Notes: generated by a model from the sequence alone, not told the origin. A DNA stretch of 64,000 nt from Octopus vulgaris (GCA_951406725.2 OX597837.1:13206001-13270000), one strand, 5' to 3'; positions 11,962 through 25,590 are shown, counted from the stretch's first letter. Numbers and translations are program-made.

Positions 11962-14089
11962 GTTTTAATTTGACACACGATGAATGCCTAAATCTAGACT
12001 TGGAAGTATACCGTACTCTAATAAGTTCCTAACGCAATACACCTTATATATATATATATACCAAAAGTGGAATCATATAGGTCTCCTGTCCATAAAGTGT
12101 TCAGTTTTATGGTGTATCGTCAGATCCAAAAAAACGGTTAGAATAGCAATGTGACAACCTTAAATGACAGAGCGAAGTCACGAGGAAATTTGAATTTCGT
12201 TCATTTACCAATTCTTGGAACGGCGTTTTTATCACTGAAATATTGGTAATATAGACAGTTTGTTTTGTGAGTGAAGTCTGCTGTATTGTTTACATGAATC
12301 ATTATCTTACATACACAACATTTCCATTGGATGTTCCAGCAATTTCAATTACATATGGATTCGTTTAGCAAGAGAGAAAAGAAAGGAAATAAAAAAACCA
12401 AGAAGAATTAATATAGCCATTCAACATCCGGCGAATTCGATGGAATGAAATTTCGACAAAGTTCTCTCGTCAGGAGCGGAAGTTACAAGTTGCTAGCACC
12501 ATATTAGAATAGCAAGTGGGCATGTGAGAGTGTGTGTGATGTGTGTATGGTGCACGCATGCGTAAAGAAGAGTGTGAAAGTACTTAAACAAATGTTCTTG
12601 TGGTCATGTGTTTACACACACCGATATACACGTGGGCATAGCTAGCCAGCCAATTAGATAGATGGATGGATAGGTAGGTAGGTAGATAGATGGGTGGGTA
12701 GGTAGATAGGTAGGTAGAAAGAGAGAGAAAATCAAAATATTATTATGAAAATTATAAAACGAAAGATAAGATATGACTTCTTGTATTAGATTCTCGCTCA
12801 GAGAAACAGAAATATCTTCAACGTTTTGGATGTAAACCCTTCATCAGAAAAATAGAACTAGGAAAAAAAAAGATAAATAAAAAACGAAAAGAAAAGTAAA
12901 TTTAAAAGACGAACGCAGCAATACCTGTGTCTTACATTAGAACTATTTTTGAAATAGCCGAAAGTGAGAAAGAAAAAGGAAGAGGTTCTGTGTGCATGAG
13001 AGCAAAAAAGAAGCTGAACTGAGAGCATAACATGTATGAACATGTAGCAACATGTATGTGGGAGGTGTTACAGAATGTGTGTGGGGGTGTGGAACTGTTT
13101 TAGAGTTAAGTTCATGTTTATATTTTTTCGTTTTTGTGACTTTTATTTATGAGGTATGCAATTGTGTTTGTGTGTGCATGCGCCGGTTGATTTAAATTAT
13201 GTGTGTGTGTGTGTTGCAAGTATGAGTGCTTCTGTTGCTTGGGTGAGTATGTGTGTGTATGCGCATTTGTGTGCGTGTGTAGTGATGTGCATCTGTATGG
13301 TTGTGTGCATGTTCGCAGTGTCTGTGCGTGAAGTTGAGTGTGTTTCCGTATTGTGCTCTGTGTGTATATATATGTCCGTGCTTGCATTGAATGCAAACAT
13401 GTGTCTGTGTGTGTGTGTTGTATATGTATGTGCATATGACTTTGAGTTGTTGTATGGCAGAGTAATTTTTGATGTATCCGTGCATGTGTGTGTGTGAGTT
13501 TGTGTATATGGATGCGTGTATGTGTGTGGTTGTGTGCGTGTGTATTCGTAAGTTTTTGAAATGTTTTTGTTTACATCATTGTTTCTTTTTTATGTGGTGT
13601 TTGTAGTATGTGGGTGTGCGTGTATTTGAAAGTTGAACAAGTGCGTGTGTGTATGTGCATATGGGGTGTGCTCGCAGTGTTTTGTACATGTATGTAAATT
13701 AATGTGCTGCTGTGTGCGTATGTGTCCTTGTATGTGTGTGGGTAGATGTCTGGTTGTTTGTGTATACGTTCCTTTTTGCAAAAGTATTTTTATATTGTCT
13801 TCTTTGGAATGTGTGAACTTTTTGTTTTTATAAGTGTGTGTAGCAACATTTCTTCCAAAATGTGCTTGTGAGTCATCATCATCATCATCATCATTTAAAC
13901 GTCCGCTTTCCATGCTGGCATGGGTTGGACGATTTGACTGAGGTCTGGTGTACGCAGGTTGACAAAATGAAGATGCTGTCGATTTACATACATGGAAAAG
14001 GGCAACTTGAACTAGGCTGGGAATGTCCGCAGACTAAGTGCCATCTCTATATCCACCACCATAATTCCTTGATTAGGTCTCTGGATCAT

Positions 14090-14415
14090 GTAAAAGCGGC
14101 ATAGGCAGAGGAATTGGGAGCAAAGAGTGGTTGAGATTGAAGAGAGATGAATTTGGAATAGGAGTAGAAGTTAATGGGTTTACAAAATACGGAGAAGCTG
14201 AGGGTAAGATCGGGGTAGTCGAAGAAGACAGAGATGGTGAGGAAATTAATAGAAGTTTCAGAGATGAAGGAAATGAATTCAAGAGCAAGGTGGAAAGAAT
14301 TGATGAAGGCGATGGTATTGAATTGTTTCACTGGAGAGAGAAATGACATCGACAGTCGTCTCATAGCAACCATATAGCTCAGGGTGAGGGCAGTGAGCTG
14401 TAAGAAGATTTGGGT
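14090..14415 (-). mobile_element. Penelope-like element reverse-transcriptase remnant
   Basis: PELYG.Y..; FINSFHLALEFISFISETSINFLTISV..SVFCKPINFYSY resembles the PLE RT segment INSFHPALKFT..ISETS..FLDISV..YKPTDSHSY. Confidence 0.7.
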
Positions 14416-14434
14416 AAAAGAAAACGCAGGAGGG

Positions 14435-14595
14435 TCAATTACTTATGGTTTTATTCAACATATTCCCCTCTCAGATTCACACACTTGTAGCAGCAGTCCT
14501 TCAGTTTTCTAAGTCCTGTAAAAGAACTCAGAATATTGGGCCTCCAACCAGGCTTTTTGTGACACCATTAAAGCCAGAAACTTTTTGGCAAGGCT
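14435..14595 (-). mobile_element. mariner 3'-end remnant
   Basis: Minus strand ends KCVNLRGEYVE* (stop 14451-14453), a typical mariner transposase C-terminus. Confidence 0.65.
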
Positions 14596-14884
14596 TGCAC
14601 CACACCATGACGACTATCACTAACATAACCAAGAATCCCAGAGACAATTAAAGTGTAAGTTATCAGTCTCGGTGGAGCAGCAAGTTTTATGTACTATTAA
14701 GCCTTCACTTAGAGCAATGTCTTGACAAAGACCAGGGAGAGCTCATTCCCAATGGGATTACTGCCACCTTCGGATACCAGCTTGAATAGTTCTATGTCTT
14801 GGTGTGTGTGTGTGTGAGAGAGAGAGAGAGTGTATGTGAATGTAGATATGTATATATATACACACATATGCATTTATAAATATA

Positions 14885-15116
14885 TATTTCTTTATTGCCC
14901 ACAGGGGGCTAAACATAGAGGGGACAAACAAGAACAGACAAAGAGATTAAGCTGATTATATCAACCCCAGTGCATAACTGGTACTTATTTAATTGACCCC
15001 GAAAGGATGAAAGGCAAAATCAACCTCAGCGAAGTTTGAACTCAGAACATAACGGCAGACGAAATACCACTAAGCATTTCCCCTGGCATGCTAACATTTC
15101 TGCCAGCTCACTGCCT
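14885..15116 (-). mobile_element. SINE family B, full length, strongly CpG-decayed
   Basis: Matches the family consensus; flanked by a tataaatatat duplication. Confidence 0.9.
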
Positions 15117-15785
15117 TCTGTATAAATATATGTCTGTATATGTGTGTGTCACTATACGTATGCATCTATATATGCACACATATACTCACACACACATATA
15201 TACTCGCTCACACACACACCAAGACAAGCTATATTGATTGAACTCTGGCTTTCTCTTTTTTTCACTGCTGTGGTTTCCTCCCCTCCTCCTCTCTAGTCAT
15301 CCGATATGTCGCAACGTATACTGCAGTGACAGCCCAGTTCTCACTCAGGCGGTTTTGCTTTTGTTGTTTCCTTTCTCCTTCAACCCCGTCCAAGACTGTC
15401 TGCTTGACACATATGTGTCTCAATCAATAAGCACCCTTGCATCCAGGTGAGAGAGAATTATCTCCGACGGGTATACATTCTGCCATGTCCTTACAGTGGA
15501 GTAGTTAGCAAAAATATATAACTTTATAACTAACTCCAGGAGGTATCACCGGCATATACATACATACATACATTTCCTTGGTACCTTTATAGAAGATATC
15601 ACTCTTGAAATACAGACATTTAATCAAAAATAAATAATAAAATTCTGTAACATGAAAAACACATAGTTATAACACACATACACACACACACAGATATTCA
15701 TTCACACATATACATACATACACGTACAATTACATACTCACCCCCCCCCCCACCTCTGTGGGGGGTGTAATATTATATATTTTAT

Positions 15786-16150
15786 TCTTTTACATGTTTC
15801 AGTCATTTGGCTGTGGCCATGCTGGAGCACCACCTTTAGTTGAACAAATCAACCCCCAAGACTTACTTTTTAAGCCTGGTACTTATTCTGTTGATTGTTT
15901 TTGCCAAACTGCTAAATTACGGGGACATAAGCACAGCAACACCGGTTGTTGAGTGGTGATGGGAGACAAACACTCTCTCTCTCTCTCTCACCCACACACA
16001 CACGTATGTATATATATACGACCTGCTTCTTCCACTTTCCATCTACCAAATCCACTCACAGAGCTTTGGTCGTCTATAGTAGAAGGCACTTGCCACAGGT
16101 GCCAAGCAGTGGGACTGAACCAGGAACCATGTGGTTGGGAAGCAAACTTC
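15786..16150 (-). mobile_element. SINE family A
   Basis: Tail, linker and head all match family A. Confidence 0.85.
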
Positions 16151-16159
16151 TTGGTTTGT

Positions 16160-16363
16160 TCCCAGGGAGATTCAGCATGACACAGAATGTGACAAGGCTG
16201 TCCCCTATGAATTACAGGTACAATTCATTTTTTCCAGGTGAGCGGACTGGAGCGACATGAAATAAAGTGTCTTGCTCAAGGACACAGCACACAGCCGGGA
16301 ATCGAACTCACAAACTTATGAACGTTAGCTGAATACCGTAATCACTAAGCTACACACCTTCAC
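16160..16363 (-). mobile_element. CORE-type SINE, family D
   Basis: aagtgtcttgctcaaggacac CORE motif and tRNA-like head (gggaatcgaactc..). Confidence 0.75.
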
Positions 16364-16462
16364 ACATGGATGTGTGTATGTGTACATACATGTATATATA
16401 TTATATATGTTTGTGTGTATATATATACACACACACACAATCACACATGCACACAAACATAT

Positions 16463-16545
16463 ATAGTATTTGCCGGCATATAAGATGCTTTTTTTTTCTT
16501 ATTTTTATACACATCAAAAAATTACCATGCGTCTAATGGAGCCAT
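16463..16545 (+). mobile_element. pogo/Tigger-like DNA transposon terminus
   Basis: tatagtatttgccggcatataagatgc..tgcgtctaat resembles TACCGTATTT..CGTATAAGACGC-type ends. Confidence 0.4.
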
Positions 16546-16810
16546 ATTACAAATGGGAGACTAAGGAACCGGATGAGCATCATCCTGCTGGGTCTAATAA
16601 TTGTTACTAATAATAATAAAATATTGTACACAAGCCAAATTATTACAGACTTTTAGCACAAACTTACAAAAAAAAAAATGCTTACAGCACGTCGGCAGCT
16701 CTGGGTAGAAGTCACAAAATATCATTACATCTGCATAACCCATACCTGAAATATCTTACATTATTTGATAACCGTATTGCCTTTAAGAGACATTTGCTTA
16801 CCACCTAAAC

Positions 16811-17160
16811 CAGTGGTAGCCAACTGGTGTCCATATGGCCCTGAGGGTCCTTAGAAGATTTTGGAGGGTCCACATAAAAAATTAGTAATTTGAGTGGCCG
16901 ATGGTATTTTAAGGGCCCCTGAAAAAATTTTGCTTTAGATGTATGCAATGGTATGTATTACAAGAAACAGTGAGGTTCCTTTCTCTAACATTTTACACGG
17001 TTCAAATTACATAAAGTTAACGTGTGAAAAACAAAATAAGAAATTTTAAAAGAAGTTTCTGTAAAATTAGTTTTTAAACATCGAATGGCTACAAGGGTCC
17101 ACCAGAATAAGATATTAATCAAAGAGGTCCTTAGGTAAAAAAAATGGCTAAGAACCACTG
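16811..17160. mobile_element. hAT (Charlie-like) MITE
   Basis: Ends CAGTGGTagccaac and ggctaagaACCACTG; degenerate 8-bp flanks acctaaac/atctaatt. Confidence 0.75.
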
Positions 17161-17197
17161 ATCTAATTGAAAAATTTTCCTAGAAAGATTAAAGGAA

Positions 17198-17583
17198 TTC
17201 TTTTATTTGTTTCAGTCGTTTGACTGGGGCCATGCTGGAGCACCACCTATAGTTGAGTGACTCGACCCCAGGACTTATTCTTTGTAAGCCTAGTACTTAT
17301 TCAATCGGTCTCTTCCAAGCCGAACCGCTAAGTAATGGGGATGTAAACACACCAGCATCGGTTGTCAAACAATGTTGGGGGGACAAACACAGACACGCAA
17401 ACATATACACATATATATACAATGAGCTTCTTTCAGTTTCCGTCTACCAAATCCACTCACAAGGCTTTGGTCGGCCCGAGGCTATAGTTGAAGACACTTA
17501 CCCAAGGTGCCACGCAGTGGGACTGAACTCGGAACCATGTGGTTGGTGAGCAAGCTACTTACCACACAGCCACTCCTACGCCT
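17198..17583 (-). mobile_element. SINE family A, full length
   Basis: Matches family A. Confidence 0.9.
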
Positions 17584-18856
17584 GTTAAATTTCCATCCAC
17601 CTTTCAGCTATTTGCAATGGATGTCAACAAACCATAGTGGGAGTGTACCACTTAGGTGCCTGATCGCAGGTACATGGAACAACTTAGCCAGAAATACGAG
17701 TTTTAAATCCTGTATGGCAACTCTTTTACATGAAATATAAACAACTATACAATTGATCTGTAATGAAATAAAGCCGAAACGCAATAGTCCCATAAGGTTC
17801 ATGATAAATTTATGGTTTCATACTTTATTCCAATATACGGTCGCAACATTCTGTTTACTTGCACAGAATCATACTCTTGCTTTTACAAAATCGCTTTGAA
17901 CTCTCTTTTAATACCTGTATGATGAAACAGTGGAAATATTTTTTTCTGCAACATATATTTGCCAAAGAAGGAACATCTTACACGAAAATGCATCTTGCAT
18001 CTAATACGCTGGGTAATACGATATATATATATATATGCATGTATGTATGTATTGTCAAGACTATCGGATATTGTTACACACTGCTGGTTACAATACACTT
18101 CCTCGCATTGTTGTAACTTTCAAATGAAAAATTCATATTATTGACTAAGCAGGCAGACCACACAGACACACCACCACCACACAGATAACCACACACACAC
18201 ACAAGCTGTCTTGGCTTAAAACAAAAAAAGCCTTGCCTCTTTGTTAGTGATCAGTTTGAATTTTGCAAAAGAAGAAAATCTCTAACACACAGAACCAGTG
18301 GGTAGTGGCTATCGTAGAAGACACTTGCTCAAGGTGTCACGCAGTGGAACTGAACCCGGAACCATGTGGTTGGGAAGCAAACATCTTGCCACGCAGCCAC
18401 ACCTGTACCTTTATGAATATGAGGTTGGAAGGGGGTGGGGAGCAGAAACAAAAGTGTTTTCGGTGAAGATGTGCTTCGTATTAGTATTCATTGCAATGGA
18501 TGTTTAGAATGAAAGGTGAAATTAATTCTGATCTTGGCTATGTTTTAATTCATCAGATCAGATTGGAGCCTGGCGCAGCCATCTGGTTCGTCAGTCCTCA
18601 GTCAAATCGTCCAACCCATGCTAGCATGGAAAGCAGATGTTAAAGGATGGTGATGATGTTCATAACTCTTAGGATCATTCAGACACATAGGTCACTATAC
18701 CACAAGGGGTACTGTGCCTTGTGGTGACCATATTAACATGCATAGTCTATATATATGGGTGCAGGACATCACCAACGAAAACGAATGAGTTACATATGCA
18801 AATAATGTGAGAAAAAATGGAAAACAAGACAAATAATGCAAAGAATGACTCTTCAT

Positions 18857-18920
18857 CAATTGTCGACTGTCTATCTACTTCCCCATTTCAAGCAGGGGAG
18901 TAGACAACAGGCGACAATTG
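18857..18920. repeat. Imperfect hairpin beside a degenerate hammerhead-like box
   Basis: caattgtcgactg..tctacttcccc pairs with ggggagtaga..caggcgacaattg; the minus strand has TTGATGAag adjacent. Confidence 0.6.
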
Positions 18921-19991
18921 TATTTGATATACCTGTATTCGTCTCTGTAACCTCACTGATAATTTGATATAAACACACACACACACACACACACACCCAT
19001 TCGCACACATACATACAAACACATATATGATAGAAAAAGACAGCTATCAGCATACATGTGCTCTGTTCTGATACATATGCACACACACGCAAACTCATCT
19101 AGAAGCAAGATCTGAGAGAACATTAAAGGAACTGACAAACCCCCTGTGATAGCAGTGGTGGTAAGGATAGTTAATGACGATAGAGATGGCAGCAATGATG
19201 ATGATAATAATAATAATATTGTGCGCAACTGGTACTTATTTCATCAACCCATTAATAATAATGATGATAATGATAATAAATTATTGGCCATGGGAACCTA
19301 GTGACACATTTTCACCAACATCATCATGAGGTACAAGTAAACCAACAACAACAACGAATTAGCTTCAACATGGTTGCTCGACCTGCACAAATTAGCAGCA
19401 AAATCTTGCTCAATCTTACCCTGCTGTCTTTGAAAGAAAACTAGAGAAAAAAAAAAAATTTTTTTTTGATATGTATATATATATATATGTGTGTGTGTAG
19501 TCCCTGATAGCTAGGATAGTCATGGATGGAAAGCCTTTTGGTCTGGGGCTAAACAGAATCAACAACTCACGTGCACACACACACAGTCACTTTCATTACG
19601 AAACACTCGATTGATATATTATCTACTTCAACATGAATCTGCAGCTATCTCTATAGCAATAGATGATGGCCTGTGTGTATCACAAGCGCATTAACAACAA
19701 CAACAACAGCTGCAGTTCCGGATTCTCTGATGATTAGGAATTGCTTCCAGCATTTATTCTTACGAAACATATACACTGCATACACACATGCATACATACA
19801 TGCACACATACATACACACACATACATACACACACAAGCTATCGCTACACATGCGCATTGAATACTGACTAAATCCATTTATTATTCTGTGCACCTAAAG
19901 CGAAAGCAGGATATTGTAATCACTCGTTTTACAAATGGATTCACTTAAAGTGTAATTTGTTTGGAAACAAAGAGTCTGTGGTGGATTTCTA

Positions 19992-20005
19992 CCACTAGGT
20001 GTCGC
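19992..20005 (+). promoter_or_regulatory. Candidate CTCF site
   Basis: CCACTAGGTGTCGC, one mismatch from CCACTAGGTGGCGC. Confidence 0.35.
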
Positions 20006-20235
20006 AGCGGTAGTCTAAAGGGAGGTGATTAGTGAATGCATTTGTTTCTTTAATCTTTTGTATTGGAGAGGGAAGAGTGCAGTGCCCATAACCCTTTGAA
20101 AGCACCACATCCCCTTCGAAACAGATGGAGGGAGAAAGGAGAAAGGTACACTCAAATGGGAGGCCAGGTCCGAATGCTTGCAACACAGTCAACTTCACTA
20201 AAGACACCTAAGCTTCTATGTAGTGTGTTGAACCC

Positions 20236-20505
20236 AGAAGTGTAGCTTAGTGGAGGGGTGGTTTAGGGTCCGGGACATATTTTTATGGGGGTAGCACTTT
20301 TGGGTATGCTGTATAAGCCTCTATAGGGGGTGGCATGTTCAGATCCACTGTATAAGCCTATGTAGAGGCCTGCAGGTTTGGATCCGTTGTATAAGGCTTT
20401 GTAGGGGGTGGCACTTTTGGGTCTGTTTAAACCCGTATAGGGTTTAAAAGGAGCAGCAAACTGAAGGGCTACTACTCTGGGTAGAACACACTCTAGTTTT
20501 ATGAA
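20236..20505. mobile_element. Decayed MITE with about four internal ~38-bp tandem units; related to 48382-48545
   Basis: Unit ggggtggcacttttgggtc.gctgtataagcct.tata; shares cacttttgggtc and cacactcta with the 48.4 kb element. Confidence 0.6.
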
Positions 20506-20642
20506 TGGTTGAACCAAGCAACAGATTAAGTCTGTCACTCGTGTAGTCCATGGTAGAGTTTGAACCTAGAATGTCATGGGTCAGAACAAGTGCCATGAGG
20601 CATTCATCTGGTTCTGAAAACTCTGCCAATCTACCACTGTGC

Positions 20643-20805
20643 ACAGGACGGTGTTAATAGCATTATAAGCCCCAGGTCAATGAACGCAGTGTGCCCCACA
20701 GTATTTATTGATAGCAATCACCACATGCATAGATCAGAATTGGGGCTCTATATCCATGAGGCCCCTGGGCAACAGCCCAGTGTGTTCCTGCCTTAAGATA
20801 GCATT
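20643..20805. mobile_element. Decayed hAT-type MITE, same family as 58926-59188
   Basis: Shares gtatttattga.agcaa..catagatca.aattggg..gaggccc with the 58.9 kb copy. Confidence 0.6.
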
Positions 20806-21327
20806 AATCATGGACTGGCAGAATCGTTAGCACAATGAACAAAATGCTTAGCGGCATTTCGTCTGTCCTTACGTTCTGAGTTCAAATTCCGCTGGGGTCG
20901 ATTTTGCCTTTCATCCATTTGGGGTCAATGAAATAAATACCAATGAAGCACTGGCATCTATGTAATCGACTAGCCCCATAGCCTCTCCCAAAATTTCAGC
21001 CCTTGTAGAAAGAATTATTTTGTTGACCTTGGAAACAAGAAACATAAAATCAAAAATGACGTTGGTGAGATCTGAAATAACATTGCATTGAGTCAAAACA
21101 AACACTGCAAAGCATTCTGTTGTTATGCTGATAACGATTCAGCTGAATATTTCCATTCTTCTATGAATGTTGATGATGTAATTGTGTTGTGAGTAACACT
21201 GAAGACAGCTGAGCAGAATAAATTTGGATTATGCAACAGAAGCAGTTCTAGGCATGGTTGTGCGCTAAGATATTTGCTTGCTAACTATAAGGTTCCGGGT
21301 TCAGTCCCACTCCATGACAACTTGGTT

Positions 21328-21550
21328 TAGGCGGTGAGCTGGCAGAAACGTTAGCATGCCAGGTGAAATGCATAGCCATATTCTGTTTGCTGTTACGTTC
21401 CGGGTTCAAATTCTGCCAAGGTTGACTTTGCCTTTCATCCTTTCAGGGTCGATAAATTAAGTACCAGTTACGCACTGAAGTCAATGTAATCGACTTAATC
21501 CATTTGTTTGTCCCCTCTGTGTTTAGCCCCTTGTGGGTAATAAAGAAACA
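21328..21550 (+). mobile_element. SINE family B, full length
   Basis: Matches the family consensus. Confidence 0.9.
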
Positions 21551-22351
21551 AATGTTAAGATCCAATGTATTTCTACGGGGCAGCTCAACAAAAGATCATC
21601 TTTCGTTCTTTGTACATATAAAATGGCAAACAGCAAAGTGAAACAAACTAAAAGGAAGTTCAAAAGATAATCAAATAAGCGTTACTAATCAGCAATAATC
21701 GGCATTAAGTGCTAAAAGTCGGTATTAATTGGTTATGAAATAAATTTGAAAGGTACCATGATTAGATTTGTTGTGCAATGCTGACATCAGGTACAGTGGT
21801 GGTTAGTAAATAAAATTAGAGGGGTGGGGAGTGCTTCAGAAAATTTTTAGCCGTTGTTTTAATATTGTGTAAAAGGAAACAAACAAACATACAAAAAGAA
21901 AGTTTATACATAAACTTGATTGGTTCGCGTTTTAGCTACTGCCAGGTAGTGTGTTTAATTTGTTCACTGAACACTGCTGCAAATTCTTCCTTGTTTTTCA
22001 AAAGTTGGTGGGATCTGCCCTATTTTTCAAATCCTGGCAGTAACACTGAAGCTGGAAGCAGGATAATAATCTAATTCTACACTTTATCACATTCAAGAAT
22101 ATAAACACGTTTTTAAGCACAAGACATGCAGAGTGAAAAAGAAACACTACCTTTCACCAGCACACTGGGGTCGGCACTGTGTGAACCACAATGCTCTCTC
22201 TCTCCCTACCTAATTCAAACCTCCTTCATTGGAATTTCAACATTAACAACAGGGTATTTTTGTTTGCATGTATGTATGTGCAGATTTGTATGCATTCTCA
22301 TGCATATAGTTGCACATCTAGACATGCTCATATATATTTAAATGATAAAAA

Positions 22352-22568
22352 AGGCAGCGAACTGGCAGAAATGCTAGTGCACTGGGCGAAATGCTTAGCG
22401 GTATTTCATCTGCTGTTATATTCTGAGTTCAAATTCCACCGAGGTCGAATTTGCCTTTCATCCTTTTGGGGTCGATAAATTAAGTACCAGTTTCGCACTG
22501 GGGTCGATATAATCGACTTAACCCCTTTGTCTGTCCTTGTTTAGCCCCTTGTGGGTAATAAAGAAATA
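22352..22568 (+). mobile_element. SINE family B with TSD atatatttaaatgataaa
   Basis: The duplication is present at about 22332 and 22570. Confidence 0.9.
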
Positions 22569-22574
22569 ATATAT

Positions 22575-22685
22575 TTAAATGATAAACTTCTGGAAAGTTT
22601 TACAGATTTTTACTGTTCCAGTAATGAATTGAATCTGTAGTCTTCGAATTAGCTTTCTCCTTTCTGGATTTGAGAAGCCCAATCA
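22575..22685 (-). mobile_element. Probable non-LTR retrotransposon ORF C-terminus
   Basis: Minus strand reads LGFSNPERRKLIRRLQIQFITGTVKICKTFQKFII*, resembling C-termini of RLE-type LINE ORFs. Confidence 0.45.
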
Positions 22686-23532
22686 TATGTATGTATGAAT
22701 GTATTTATGTACATATGATATGATATATGTATGTTTGTATGAATGTATGTGCGAGTTTGATCATGTTTGTATCTGTGTATATGCAAGGTTTGTGTAAGCT
22801 TGGCGCATTCTTGTTTTATATATGAACAGGTACCATTCTTCTATTTACGCTCAGCAAGTTGGTGAAGGAGAGTTACATTGATCGTACGACCCTCAATGAC
22901 CTTAGCAAGCGAAAAAGCCCTCACATGGGGGTGGGGTGCTAATATCACTGTCAGGCTAAATACTCACAAATATGACTTCCTATATATATATATATATATT
23001 TATACACACATACATTCATATACGTATATATATATGTATGTATACATATACATACACACACACACACCCACATACATTCATATACGTATATATATATATG
23101 TATGTATACATATACATACACACACACATTCATACATACATATATATAGAGATGTAACTTTAGCAACATATGAGAGTGACAGAAAGAGTAGAGCATATAC
23201 ATATACGTGCACAGACACACGCACATCTATCAATATCTACATACAAGAGAGAGAGAGAGAGAGATAGAAAATGGGACAGGGGTGGAGGAAGAAAGAGGAG
23301 AGGAAATATTTTGCTGAATAGAGAGAGAGAGAGAGGGGTTGTGTGTGTATTAAGGCGTCAGGAATGCCGTTTCTGAATTAATGGAATGAGTTAATTGCAT
23401 ACGCAAGAGTGTTTGGTGACTCACATCTGAATTTGGGTAAGTAGAAGTGGTAGACTAGTGCATACCAAAACATATATGTATATATATGAATGTTTATGTA
23501 TCTCTGTGTGTATGTATGTATAAATGTGAGTG

Positions 23533-23582
<50 letters not shown>

Positions 23583-24119
23583 ATGGTTACAGCCACGTAT
23601 ATACATAGAAATTCTCTTCATTACCCCCAACGTTCCTAAATGTTGAACAATAAATATACTTGATTGATGCAGTTTTGTTGAACAAATGAGTTGGAGGGGG
23701 GAGAGAGAGAGAGAGAAATACCTGCACACACATTTCTTTTATGCCGTTTTGATCATTGGATTGTGGCCATGCTGGGGTACTGCATTGAAAGGTTTTTAGT
23801 CGGACGAGTCGATCCGAGATCTTATATTTTCAAGCCTGCCACTTATTCTGACGATCTTCTCATGCCAAACGGACAAGTTACAAGGATGTCAACAATCTAA
23901 CACCGGAGCTCAAGCGGTGGTGGGGAACAAGCACAATCACAAAGGTGAAGTCATATACAGTACACGTACTATACATATATATATATATATATATATACAT
24001 ATACACACACATATATATATAGTAACAAAGGGTAAAATTAATTAATTAAGAAGTAATCAATAATTTCACCAAGTAGAATTCGGTATGAAAAAAGGACCAT
24101 TTCATGGTAAACTTAAGTA

Positions 24120-24349
24120 ATACTTAATAATTAGGGTTCAGCAAAGATTTGCTTTACCACATACCGAAATTTAGAAATAGCAGCCAAAAATCTTAGCTAT
24201 TTCTTCTACTTTAAAAAGGGACTCCCAGAGATGGTTTCTCTGGGAGTCCCTTTTTAAAGTAGAAGAAATAGCTATGATTTTTGGGCTGCTATTTCTAAAC
24301 TTCGGTATGTGGTAAAGCAAATCTTTGCTGAACCCTAATTATTAAGTAT
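24120..24349. repeat. Near-perfect palindrome, about 112-bp arms, 5-nt loop (24232-24236)
   Basis: ..aaaaagggactcccagaga|tggtt|tctctgggagtccctttttaaag.. Confidence 0.97.
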
Positions 24350-24384
24350 ATATATATATATCAGCTAACTGTTCTCCAGAAGTT

Positions 24385-24775
24385 ACTCAAAGACTTTGAA
24401 TTACGAAAACTTTCTGGAAGTACATGAATGATATAAGCACATCCCCACCACCACCGTATGTTTGCACACACCCGATGCCACTTGAAGAACTTCCTCTTGT
24501 ATCTGTCAACGCTATCGTCGTTGTATACATTACATATACAAACTCCACGGAAGCCTTGCATTTATTTATAAACAATGAGTAAGAACGTACAACACTTGTA
24601 GATACTGAGAGAAAAAAGTACTTTGCATGTGGTTCTGTGTTAAGAAGTTTGATTTTCAGCCACATGGTTCCGGGTTCAGTTCCACTTCATGGCACCTTGG
24701 GCAGGTGTCTTCTGCTACAGCTCTCGGTTGACCAAAACCTCATGAGTAAATTCAGTAAACGGAAACTGAAAGAAG
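24385..24775. repeat. Left arm of an inverted duplication (partner 27135-27530)
   Basis: Unique sequence plus a SINE A head, colinear in reverse complement, e.g. acaacacttgtagatactgagagaaaaaagtactttgcatgtggttctgtgttaagaagtttga. Confidence 0.9.
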
Positions 24776-25459
24776 CCTGTCGTGTATGTATATACATGTG
24801 TGTGAGTGTCTTTGTATTTTTGTTTGACCACCACCACCACCACTTGACAATCGCAGTAGGTTTGTTTACGTCCCCTGAGCAGTTCGGTACAAGAGGCAGA
24901 TACAATGAAGGGTCAAACTTAAAACCAATAAGTACAAAGGTCAATTCCTTTGACTAAAGCCCTTCAAGGTGGTGCCCCAGCATGGTCAGAGTCCAATGAG
25001 TGAAACATGTAACAGATAAAAGAGATGTATAACTCGAAATTAGAGCACATTCGCCCCACCCCCCTGATAATTGCCATTAACATTCATTGCTCCACCAACA
25101 TAAAAATGAAGTTGTTTTCCATTGATGCATTCCATTGATGGTTAAGCGATAAGTTTACTTCCTGGACGTTTGTTATTTTGAACACAGCATATTTAGCAAG
25201 CAAATAGGAATTTGTCAATAATATGTTGTCAGTTCATATAGACAAATATTTAAGAGTAATTCATTAAGGTACTTTAATAATTAGTGGCACGAAAAGATGG
25301 TCTTTCAAAATTAACAATTTGTGCTTGTAACAGGATCTGTATCAATTCACTGAAAGGGTGTCGATCCGATCCAGTCACATACAATTTAGTAAGACATAAC
25401 AGACGAAGTCAGGTTATAGGTGAAAGACAGCAGTTTGTTTATTAATTGCGATGGCGTAC

Positions 25460-25590
25460 GTGTATCTGATGGGAGAACGACAGCCTCTGATGTACAGCTT
25501 CTTCTTGTTCGTTTGTTGAAGTGGTTCGATGTCGTTCGCGGCTAAGTCGGTGAGGTTATCAGAGTCCACGAAATGCAAGTCTGTTCGCAT
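25460..25590 (-). CDS. Candidate first coding exon, product unknown
   Basis: ATG at 25590 just past the promoter motifs; MRTDLHFVDSDNLTDLAANDIEPLQQTNKKKLYIRGCRSPIRY then a weak donor AC|GTACGC. CpG-rich and non-repetitive. Confidence 0.35.

Noticed and set aside
17609-17670. ICNGCQQTIVG, LIM/ZZ-finger-like
   Set aside because: An in-frame stop follows and the other metal ligands are missing.
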